Source: Catajapyx aquilonaris
Lineage: Eukaryota
NCBI GenBank assembly: GCA_000934665.2
Contig: JYFJ02000239.1
Location: 62,001 to 126,000 of the forward strand
DNA: 64,000 nucleotides
Reading direction: 5' to 3'
The translations under genes and the position numbers were made by a program. Positions 14,001 to 26,000 of this stretch are shown in pieces (the stretch's first letter is position 1; the number at the start of each line of letters is the position of its first letter). Under the pieces are notes generated by a model, which had not been told where the DNA came from, ran no database searches, and worked only from the letters and a program-made list of their open reading frames with translations.

Positions 14001-17000
14001 CTGCCGGGCAACGGGAGGGTGCCGATCATGCTGTGCTTCTTTCCGTCTGTTCCGGGATTTTACGACATGCGGGTGGTCTTCAAGTTTCAGGCGCCTAAGA
14101 CCAAAAAGGTAAGACAAACTCGCTGAGACAGTTAATGTACACTATTGTAGAGTGACATTGATGTGCTTCTCTCTCTCGGAGCAGGTCGTTCTCAGGATTC
14201 AAGCTAGTGCGGAAGCTGTGCCCATCTGGTTGACAAATACCGACATAAGCTTGGGAGTTTGCCTGGTTAACCATATTCATCAGGATCTGTTTGTCGTAAG
14301 AAACGACACGACTACTTCTTGTCGCGTGAAGGTTGAAGTTCCCAAAGAACTGAAAGAGTATGTGGAGGTCAATCCCAGAGACACTTACACCCAGCCTGAA
14401 TCCACTTGCGATATCTTAGTCCGACTAAAGCCAGGGTATGTAGCTTACAGTACTCCTACAACTAGTACACGTCACGTTCTGTAAGTGTCAGTATACGACG
14501 TTGAGGAAAATTTTCAGAAAAACCTTGGAAGCTGATGCTGGTGAATTCTTCAATCGGGACACTCGAATCCTAGACTTCCCCGTCAAGTTTCATCTCGGAC
14601 CGCCGTTCGAAACTTTCCCTCCATTAGTTGGCACCGTGCAGAGCGTAGTGACCGATTGCTCCATCAAGTTCAACCCAACAGAGCTCGACTTTGGGCGGTG
14701 CAGCGTCATGGAAGCCGTCACTGAGCGGCTGCACATCAAGAACCACTCCCTGGGGTTGCAGGAAATTGCTTGCACAGGTCTTCCTCCGGTAAGAAGACGG
14801 TTGTTGCTTAACCTATCAAATAATTTTAAAATAATAATGATCGCATTACCCTGAAATAATTTTGATTTCGCTCCCCGATAAGATACAGTAAATATTGTAT
14901 TCCTATTCTGATCCTTCAGCTTATACTCTCGGTGATACAAGGGTGCGGTTGCATATGTTCAGGATGATAACTGCTACTGTCTGGGAAGCGTCCTCTATTA
15001 ATTATTACCTATTTTAAATTGACATGTGAGAAGGGAACCTGTTATGAAGCACAGCAGCAGTCTTTCCATCACTAAGCTAATGATGCCTATTCTTCGCCAC
15101 ATGAAAATTCCCATGTGTGTGAAACAAACTTTCAAATTTACAGTGGATTCAACTGCAGCCAAATGACGGGGTGCTGGTGCTGCTTCCTGGAGACAACACA
15201 TTAGTCACAGTGATTGTGTGCCCAGGACCCCAGCAGCTCGGGAAGCTCACTTTCCACATAACATTCCGTTCATTGTGGGGCAAGGCGTACCGAGTCCCAG
15301 CAAGGGCGCACGTCATCTGGCCTCCTCTTCGCCTCTCGCAACAGGTAACGAGAGGAGCCTCCTTCTCACTGGAACCAAATTGGCCTCCATTAATCCTCTT
15401 TGTGTCTCGTCTCCTCCATGACCACAGCTGATACAACTGAGGCCTGCTCGACTCAACACCCCATCGCGCGCCAAAGTGGACCTCTTTGTATCCGAACCTG
15501 CCCCCAAAGTCATTAAGATTGGCAACAAACCGCCGGTACTGGTCTTCCCAAAGACTACAGGAAAGACCAAAGGTTGGTGCTACGAATTCGCCAAGGCTCC
15601 GACGCCGGACCTGATCATCGCACCTAGAGTCGGAATAATTTTTCCTGGACAGGTGAGAACGTGACGAGCTGCTCGTGATGTGCGAATATGTAGGGTTTCA
15701 GACAAATTAATTGGGCAGGAATCTAATGGTGCATAATTTTCTCTCCATTACCATAAATATTAATATGCGATAGAGATTTTACCATCTCACTTTCAAAGAG
15801 CCAACAACTATCATGGATCACTTCATTCCAACATGATGTCTGCGTAGTTTTCAGCCACTTATTCGCTTTTCAGAAAGTGCCTATAACCGTCACATTCCGT
15901 CCCCGCATCAATAAAGACAAGGTGCAGGCCACAGTGCGAGAGATAGTCAATAGAAACGAACTGCTTGAGATAGAGCGGCAGGAACGGGCTGCATTGGAAG
16001 AGGCGGCATTATCAAAAGCCAAGAAAGTACGAGTCTGATTTCAACTAATGTAATGCTTGAACATTTCTGACGTTACGCATTTTTCGAATGAACAGGCAAA
16101 ATCGGGCAAGAAAGCAAGCATTGTGACTCCCTTGACTGAGGAGGAAGAGTTGGGTCAGAAGATGGTCATTTTGGCAGAAGCGGAGGAGTATGTCATACGC
16201 AACTCGGAACCTGGCCATCACACGTACAAAATCCCGTGCTTCATGCTTCCTACAAAACAAGAGGTGGACATCGACTCTTGGAATCCGGCGTAAGTCTGAG
16301 GTCAAATGCATTGAACTGCTTGAACTGTGCATGTTTCCACTGAAATGTCTCTCATTACAGAGAGCATAATATTCTGTATTTGGGGGTCGACTGCCCGGAA
16401 GTAAAACCGGACATAATATTGAACCCGTACGGGTACAACTTGGATTTTGGGAAGGTGGCAGTCGGAGGGTGGAAGACTCTGTCCCGGAAGGTAGAGAACA
16501 TCAGCAACCAGACTTTCCCTCTGAAGACCAGTACACTGAATCCTGTCGGACCCATGTCAGTGGTAAATGCCCTTCGTGAATTGGCCCCAACCGAGACATT
16601 CAACATGCTGCTCAAGTACACACCAGAGGATAGCGTACCGGTACATATCTCCACCTTGTTTCTGTCTGATGCAGTGATGTCACTGTTCATAAAAATTAGA
16701 TATCGGCATCGTTTCGACAGTTTTTTAGTGAATTTTTTTGAAAAGGTTGTCTAAAAGCTACATTTCTGTTTCAGGCTGTGGAAGTGTTGGACATACACGG
16801 ACTTTTCACCAAAATTATCCTGAAGCTTACAGGAGAAGGAGTAAAACCCGAGTACGACCTAATTCCTCCTCCAAAGCTCCACTTTGGTTCCATCGTGCTG
16901 ACCCAATTCAAGAACATAGAGGTTCATGTAAGCGAAACTGTCAGGTCTTGTCTTGGAGCTCTTTGACTCAATTTCTTCCCTCGAATAGGTCAAGAACAAT

Positions 17001-17387
17001 TGCGATGCGGAACTGAATTTTTACGCTCGTTTCGTTGGGGCAACCCACAAGCCCCTTGATCCAGTGCCCAAGGACAAGACAGGAGGTGCCAAAGGCAAGC
17101 CGGATAACAAACCCCCACCAAAAGACGCTAAGAAAAAGGGACTCCCTGAAGAACCTCCACCTTGCCCCCCGGCTGCTGCAAACTGTAGTTTCTACGTGTC
17201 TGAACCTGAAATCATAGTTCCACCGAGGGAAGCCAAGAAATTGGTATTCACTTTCCTCCCTCGAATGATAGGCAAGCACCAAGGCATTTTCGACATTTGC
17301 TTCTTTCGGCATCAAGTTATTGCCAGCTACACTTTCGAAGGAGAAGGCGAGAAAAATGTATCGGGTGACAAAAAATCACAAAAATAA
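11100..17387 (+). CDS. CFAP74: Cilia- and flagella-associated protein 74-like (coiled-coil N-terminus plus ASH/PapD-like repeats), 13 exons, about 1556 aa
   Basis: Exons 11100-11222, 11399-11604, 11739-13020, 13176-14108, 14185-14435, 14518-14788, 15144-15344, 15428-15652, 15874-16026, 16096-16289, 16361-16640, 16775-16927, 16989-17387. All introns are GT-AG, phases join in frame, total 4671 nt. Motifs FVSKPSHIIFDEFELG, VPIWLTNTDISLGVCLVNHIHQD, ELDFGRCSVMEAV, QPNDG, LDFGKVAVG and LNPVGP match my recollection of CFAP74. AATAAA at 17409-17414. The exon 1 start is the least certain part. Confidence 0.85.
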
Positions 17388-18051
17388 CAACTCTGTGACT
17401 TACTAGAGAATAAATTATCGTTTTATTTTCGAATTGACGTGTCACTCTTTTTTTCTCTTAATAAGAAAGGTAACCTTACAGTCGCTTCCACGTTACAGAT
17501 TTGACCATCATGATCTGAACCTTTTACAGCGTTAGTGTTTTTTAGATTTTTAAAAACTGGCCTTTATTCTCGTCTTTGAGCAGATTCCTCGACGCATTCA
17601 AAACACGCTTCCATTTAAACAGTGAAAAGTGGGACACTGGAGGAGAGCAACACGCAAAGAAGATATCACATGTAGTACATAGGCCTACACTGTAGACATG
17701 ACAATGAAGCTCATGAGGAGGGGCAATGTGTAAACAGAAAACAACAAACTCATCTGTAAAAACTCCGGAAGAAAATACCTTCCATTTTGTACGCCACTTA
17801 CAGTACACAGTATTTTTTTTTTGACAGGCAGAGAAAAGTGTGCGCACATTTATTTCAGTAACCTCATCAAAGCTGGGGATATCTATCGGCATGGCGTTGC
17901 CCATTAATATATTTTTTTGACTTGAACCCAAAATCCGGCTAAAAACTGTCCCTATCACTATTCCTTCAGGTACTCTCCATGCATGGTAACTTAAGCTTGA
18001 CGTCACTTTCTTACTCCACATATGCACCGCAAGTTTAAAATATGCCGTTTG

Positions 18052-18163
18052 TCAGAAACGACGTGATGTCATCATAAGCGACGTAAATGTAACAGGCAGT
18101 GTGAGCACTACAATGACGTTAAAGTTTGAAAACTGCGCCAATTTGACGTCACGTCGTTTCTGA
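18052..18163. repeat. Inverted repeat, 20-bp arms, 72-nt spacer
   Basis: tcagaaacgacgtgatgtca (18052-18071) versus tgacgtcacgtcgtttctga (18144-18163), 19/20 match. Confidence 0.75.
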
Positions 18164-20067
18164 AAATTCCTGGAAAATTCTTTCCACCTGCTGACTAGTT
18201 TTCATGACGCCAAGATTAAGTCCAAATAGCAAGGATAGTGAACGCCACATGAATCCATAGATATGTCCCGATCAATAACGGATGGACAGCACCAGTAGTT
18301 TTACCAAACAATCTCAGAAAACTATTTTACTATAGTACAGTAACAAGAGAGCCTCTGTTGAAAGGTTGGGAGAAATATACGGCCTTTCAATACATTATAA
18401 TATATTTTTTTGCAATTCCATGTAAAGCGCATACAGGGTGAGATGTTCCGATAAATTCGACATTCCAGAACATGAAACGTGAGTTAATTTAAACGTTTAA
18501 TCGAGATTGTGTTTGAGACGTTAAATTTGTAACTATATATGACATGGCCTACAATAGAGATTATCATCTGCTTTAAATCCAAAAAATTCTTCAGTCAGAT
18601 TTAAGTACCTGGTTAAAATATGCGGGGGAGGACTTTTTATAAAATTGATCGGAACCTCGTAAAATTATCACCACGTATGATTAGCTCTCTCTCTCCTTTG
18701 ATATGGCTAAAAACTATGCTGCTTTCCGGTTTTAACCCTTCTACTACGTACATTTTATACGCTGGTAAATGAGTCTCACTTATATGGCCAAAAAATACGA
18801 TTACACGTTTGGCTTTTTTTAAATTCTTTCTTTGTAATATTTAGTGGCTCCTAATTTACCGCGTCTTACATATACAGCTTAGCAAAGGGCTGAATCCTTG
18901 ATATGAAGAAGGATGCAATAATTTACCATCCGCGTATGAAAAAGAGTACTGAAGTAAAATGGCCTTCAGGTACGTAAAAGTATCACAACATGCACGCCTA
19001 AGAAATGCTACGGCACTGCATATTCCTAAGGCTACTTCCTAGTGAGGTGTAGTAACCTGCACTACTGGCCGATTCCCGCAAAAAAACAACATAAAATACA
19101 CTGGGGAGTACTAAAATATTACAACTGAAGGGCAATGCATTCGATAAAGATGCTTTAAAATTTTGACGAACTAACAAAACTATGACATATATGGAATGAT
19201 TTTTCCCCAAATTATTTGCACTCAAGCGTCGACGATATTATTGTATAGAAAGGCCTGAAATTGTTTATAAGAGTGTTTGGGGGAGGGGGCTGTACCTGAG
19301 AAAGGACAAGCCCCATTCACACACTGGATTGTTATGTACATATACAAAAAGAGAGTGGAGTACAACTCCTTGGCAACGCAGGGAAGTTAGGTGCGAATGT
19401 GAAATGCACGACAAGTTTACGGTACATTAGAATTTAGAAAAAGAGGTGTGTAGATTGTACGATAATCCAGGATGAGCGGGGGGGAGTAACAATATTGTGC
19501 AATGTTGTCTGCAGGGGATAAAATTGGTACAAACACGCATCTCGTATGTGAGTGTCGAATATATCAAGTTGGGCAGCGCTAATTAATTTAGTACAATCAC
19601 AACGACACAATACATTCAGATTCAACCACACTCGAAAATGACAGAAATTTTAAATGAACATCTGCATAGTATGTGGGAGACACATCAGCTCAAATTCAGT
19701 TTTTCAAGAGTGTGAACCGGCACTTGCACACATAGAAAAACCTGTTAACACTGTCAAGGCGACTTTCTTTAAAGCAGCATTTTAAAACAACAAAAATCTG
19801 GGACGGACATTCTTAATAAGTTTGGCATACAAGAAACCTGTTTCAATACCGGTGCTCGATTCCCTGCAGAACAACACTGGTTTATGAAGACAACTCCTGC
19901 TACACTCCACTAAAAGGGAACACTTCAACATGGCAGTCCAAGGGAAGAAAAAAAAATTATGTCTCTGCAGTGGTCAGGAAAAAAGCCGTATGTGCAATAT
20001 GGAGTTTACATGGGCCACACTGCACATTGCATCTCCTGACCAGAGCAGAACTCGAGAGCAAAATAAA

Positions 20068-23000
20068 TCACCAGATATCAGAAACCGGTCCAGCCGGTGT
20101 ACTCGCACTGGCGTCCACACACGTGTCTTTCACCTCACACTCACTGGCCACGCTCGTATCTTTCATTTCACTGTAACCCGGTTCTTGTGCACTGTTCTCG
20201 CTGTCAGTCGACGGCTCCGATGAGGTGTTTCCGTCTTCTTTGTTGGTTGTGGTCTGTGCCGCCACCAGAGCCAACCCTCCCACCCCCACCCCCAGCACGG
20301 TCATCTCTATTGAGTCCGGAGGCGAGGATGACAGGTGGGAGGGAAAGACTCAACTGTTAAGCTCCTGTCACATGCGCGCACCTGAAGATGGACCCTCCGA
20401 CTGGACACCTGGACTCGTCTGAGGCTGTGGAGACTGCGGGGACTGCTGAGGCTGAGGCGCAGCAGGAGGAGGAGGATTAGGAGACAACTGCTGAGGGACC
20501 TTCGGAGACGGCTGTCTGGATGATCTGGTCGAGCTGCTGGTTCTGTTCCGGAGAGCCGTGTCCTCTTCGGCTTCGTGTCCGTCCCAGAGGCAGCCCAGCC
20601 CAGCGGTCAGGTCAAGGGACATCCGACCGTTGGGGATCAGGTCACCGCTCTCCACGTGTCTCTGCTGGGCCACCTGGGGAAGGAGAAGGGAGGTTCCGTA
20701 CCCACCTCTCTCGGTTAATGCTGTCAGGTCATCCATATTGGTGTTCTAAGCAAGGCAGACACTACTTGAAAGTGCTCGAGTAATAGCGTTGCTCTTTTTA
20801 TTTGTTGACATAAAGTCAGGCCACCAAAAATCTGAGTGGGTCGGTTCCAGAACGAGTTCGGTTTCGTAGTATCCGTGTAAATCACAGGTACAGTCCGTTA
20901 AACCAAAGAACGAAATGACGTCACGTTCAGCCCCGCTTCCACCCGACTCTTTCCTCCTATCATGTCCCCAATCGCTCTGCAAGCATACTACTGCGCGCAT
21001 GCTCAGAAAATACGGCTGGTGTGACGTCAGAGCTTTCTTTGGTTTAAAATTCTGTACATGACCTGTACCTCAAGGCTGCAGGTGTAGTTATGAACTAAAG
21101 TCAAAAATAGTTGTTGATTAGGCCTCATTAGGATAGTTTATATTGAGTTAGCGAATCGAGTGATAACACTATTATTCGAGCAGTTCAATTGCAACAATAC
21201 TGATTACCTTTAGTCATTGCATCATTCAAAAATTGATAAGCGGTTTACCTACAAGTAGCCATTCCCTGCATCTCATATTGGCCAATCACCAAAAATCTCC
21301 TGACTCATTCAGTTAGAAAAGCGAACGGATATTGTTCTTAAACAATATGTCATACACTGACTGGCAGTCTCCAAATTAGCAAGTAGAGGTGCAGATGCAC
21401 ATAAAGTTCTCACCACAGATCGAACATTAAGGATACAAGTCATGGTGTAAAAAGTTTGAAGCAGTGAAAAGGTAAGAGGGGTACGAGAAATAAGCCAGAA
21501 ACAATCGTGCACAGAAACGGTAAACATATGTGTCAGTCAGCATCATACTTGCAGAAGGAGGCAGGAGGAAGAATATACACCACTTAGATATAAAGAAAGA
21601 CCACAGGAGAGACACGACATTAACAAGAATACCTGGCCCAGTGCACGAGTGTGTATCCTTAATATTCGATCCACAAGCCTGCAAAGCGAATGTGTGAGTA
21701 GGCCTAGAAATTTTTTTTGGTGGTGTTAGTATTTTTTTTTTGTGGGAAAGTGTAATATATTTTTTTTAGCGGAGTGCAGAAGAAGGCGTAGGCGGTGGCA
21801 GAGGCTCGGACCGACGCCGGCGTGGGCGCACCTTCATGAAGTCATCCGAGTCCTGAAGGGCCTGCTTGGCCAGGTATCGCTCTCTTTTGATCTTCAGCTC
21901 CAGGCTTTCAGGAACATCCGGAACAAGCACATCAATCAGCCGGCAAACACCAAACACGACGTGCTGTAACGTGATATCAAAGTGACTGTCAGATACATTC
22001 TACGTACATGGGTCACCTGAAGCATAGACTGATCCCTATTGTTTTTTTCATATAAAATAACATAACACAGACTTACCTCAAAAATGATGACAAAAGCAAA
22101 GCGAATGGCTAGTAGCTTCCAGTAGAACGGAGTGTGATCTCCGTAGTTGTCTCTGAACCCTCTGTACCTGCATTCCTCTTTAAGGGTACCATTGGGAGCC
22201 CATGCCAGAGTAAAGTTAAAGTATCCTTGCAAGTCCCAATTGTACTCGTATTTGTAGAGCAACTTGGGCAGAAACTCGGAGGTAAAGGCGATTAGGAAGC
22301 CCTGTAATTAGATCAAGGGGCTTGAATCCGTCTCTTTGGAGAAGCAAAGGGTGGAGTTGACAGAAACTACTTACATTGCTGATGACCGCAATATGAGCCA
22401 GCATGTTCAGGATTTTGAACCATACGCCGATGTTTTGGGCACGTTCTGCCACGGGACGACGTGTCTCGCACACGAATTTTTGGGCATCCAGTCGAATCTC
22501 GACCCAATTGTTGAGGAGGGCGAACAATGGGGCCAGTGGAAAGGCAGCCACGAAGATGGTTATGAAGCCGAATTGCAACACTGTAAGTCGAGTCATGAGT
22601 CAGTTCGGTTGTATGAATGCAACAATATGCACAACACACAAATTGCCTCAATGCGGTATGTTACAAACATTAAATTTACCCATTTCTAGATATTCCTGAA
22701 ACAAGCCTTCATTTTCAATCAGTTGGTAGTCTTCTTCCCAGCGTGTCTTCCTCTTCTTGCCCAGTTTCACCTGCAAAAATAACAGCAACAATCAAGCAAC
22801 AAAGAATATGTGGCACTTGATTTATAAATCTATGCACACGTATCAAAACATACAGGTGCATCATATTACAGACATGACAACCGATTGTTGGCAATGGATG
22901 TCACAACCAGTATGTTCACGTCATTTCAACAGTTGTTAAGAGCAGGGCCGACGTAACAAAGTGAGCTACATACTGACGTGAAATTGCAGACGTGGATGTA

Positions 23001-26000
23001 CACCGTACACGTGATTACAAAAGTCGTCGACCCTGGTTAAAAACGTACAGTACAGTATGCTGAGATTAGGCAGAAGAAAAAAGACGCATAGTGAGGACCC
23101 AACTGAACTACGATTGAGAAAGGAAAAGAGATAAGGAAAGTAGCATTTCAACCTGATCCAGTGCAATAATGTGCGCCGCACTCACGAACTTTCTCCCAAC
23201 TAACATCCATCACAGAGTGAGAGAAACAAAAAAAAAAACACATAAGGAAAAACAAAAAGCAAAAACCATGTGAAAATTGTTCATAGGGAACGTCACAGTA
23301 AATGGACACAAATATAACGAACAAGCTGAACAGAAGACATCCGAGTACACGATTGGTTACCTGCTCTCTCTGCCACCAGTTCCTCAGCTTAAGCGAGGAG
23401 AAAAATGAGAAAAGAATAACAGCCAATTATGTCTGCCTCCTTGTTAACAAACTGGGGGGTAAACAACATAAATCGAGAAAAAGGAAAAGCTGCGGAAACT
23501 CAGTACGGGAGGAACTATCTTCGGATTTGGGAGGAAATAATATTTCTCTCTGATGGGATTTTACCTATATACGAACTTACCTTTCTCTTGTGCAACCATG
23601 CTTTCAGCTTTGGCAAGAGGATTTCCTGTGCGTTGTTGATAATTTGCTTTCCGATCATGATGACCGCCAACTGCTGAGCTAATTCGATGAGACAGCCACC
23701 TGCGCTGCACTGCAGAAGAAATAGATAATAGGATATAACCCAAGAATAGCTCAGGTTTTCAGACCAACTCTGCGCACTCCCTTTTCGACCCGTTTCCAGA
23801 AATAGGAACAAATCAAGGTTTCATTGGGTGCTCTAAATGTAATGAGACTATAGGAGTGGAGGAAAGAGGATGAGGAAGTTTCCTGCTCAAAGTCTCTTTG
23901 ACAAAAAAAAATGAATTTTGTCCAACTTCCTCGTGCTGGATCAAATATTACAGCGTGCGGTTACAGTGCGCGCTCTTGTAAATCTCGCCAGTTTTACTGT
24001 TGCAAACTTCTATCTTTTATTCAGTGGAATTATGCATGAGCTTTCTTTTCAAAGGACAGGATGCCTTCATTATAATTGACTGCCAACACCAAACTCACAT
24101 CGCTGAGTATAAACCACATCTAAAGGCAAGTCTTATACAATTCCTCGGATGCAAAGTTCAACCCAACTTTGAAACAAGAAGTTGTTCAGTGCATAAGTTG
24201 TTTCATTAGTTTTAATTTACAGGATGGCTCACCGCTCCAGTCCCTCACGATTTTAAAGCCTCACTATAGCCAGTACCTAAAGCAGAATAACACACACAAC
24301 TGACACTTACATCCTCATTCCTGAGTCCCAGAATGTGATTGTAGTGTCCAGGAAACCCCACAAATCTCCCCTTGAAGAATCCGATGTAAAATATGGAGGA
24401 ATAAAAGTTGACAAACTGGAAGATGAACACCTTGAACGTCAGATTGTCCTCGAATTCTGTTTGCGTGCGATGCATCTCTGTGGCAAAGAAGTATTTTTAA
24501 AAGACTGTTCAGAAGTTGGTATAATTATGAAACTTACCCCAGGTGGTGAGTCGATATGCTAGTTTCTCGTAAACTCGGCCCAGAGCCATAATGAGTATCA
24601 AGTTGACGACAGCACCGGACAAGTTGGCAATGGCTTGGGCTTGAGGTCTGAACGTGGCGTTTTGGAAGAGCGGAATGGACACCAAGACTCGATAAATAAT
24701 CACCGCCACAATAAAGATGATTACCAGGCTCATCTGTAAAAATCAAATCATAGGATTAGTTGCGGGGGGTAACGAACTCAATTTCCCTACAAAAATATAG
24801 ATTTATTCACAAAATCCGGTAATTCCCCGGATTATTTTTTAAACACCTGCAGTTAATTCCTTTTCTGGTTAGGGGATTGGCTCTAATCTCGGGAGGATTA
24901 TCCTGATTTATACGATTATCTGCAGCGACAGACATTAGGTCGCTTTCATGCAAATATGTTGTCACATTTCCAATCTGGGGAGATTTCAACTCGGGAGTCA
25001 TTCGGCATGCAGAAAAATCCGAGAAGCCAAAGATCGATTTATTGTTGCCCCAGGTTTCCACCACATCACCACTTTGTCCGGATGAATCATGCACGTCAAC
25101 CGGAAGGGTGCAGGCATGATTTCTGCTGCTTCTGGTCCTTGCAGGCAACAATTTCTCGATACAATGTAAGGCACAGCAAAAAAATAGGAGGTATGAAGTA
25201 AAAGGGGCGTAAGCAACAAAATCATCAAACATGAACGGTTCACACGCCATATATTGATTTAATAGCTTCTGAAAAACTTTCTTCGCGAATCAGAAGTGTC
25301 CTGTATGAGCAGTGTTGGAATCATAATGAAACGCCATGTTCTCTCTTCGTGTTGCATACGTCCCATTTTACTCTTAACTCATTTATTCTCCCCCCAAAAA
25401 AAACTCTTGGAGAATCCAGCTCTACACTGATAGATGTCCTTCTCAACGGCTGTTGCATGCATTGCCTTCGAAACCCATCACGATACAGCAAGTCCCACGG
25501 GAAGAAATAAATCAGCCTGCACAAGTGGCGGAGAGATATAGAAGTAAGATGGAGAAGGGAAAAAGAGAAGAAGGCAAGGCTAGGACCAACCATGAGAAAA
25601 ATGATTCCAATTCCGGCAGCGATCCTCTTGGTTCGTAATCCTTTCGGGAAGCTGGGCTCACGTACTCCGGTGATGGGATTGCGCTCCAGAAACGGAGCCC
25701 TAGCTGCAAATTCGGGTCTGGGCCTCTCTTCCTCTTCTTCAAAATCCAGGCAGTCCCAATGGTGTGCAAGACTGGCCGATTTCCGTTTCCAGTACTCCAA
25801 AAACGTCACCGCTAGAAAAATCGGAAAGGAAGCGGTTGAAGGGTCAAGCACGTCCGTGAAGTTGGCACCGCCAGTCGTCGGATGCCAAGAGGGGCTTCCC
25901 AGAGAAGCTCATTTCCGCACTTTGGCTCCACGAGGGGTTGGTATCAGGAATTTTTATGAGGCAGGGACTATCATTTGTCAAGGGTTTGCAGCACACTTGG

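Noticed and set aside
11713..14117. Long minus-strand ORFs (231, 272, 198 aa) rich in Leu, Ser and Phe
   Set aside because: Antisense shadows of the Glu/Lys-rich CFAP74 exons 3 and 4.
20350..20370. TGA-C stop context suggesting translational readthrough in the anoctamin tail
   Set aside because: The next in-frame stop follows after five codons, and a 75-nt GT-AG intron (20381-20307) explains the join better.
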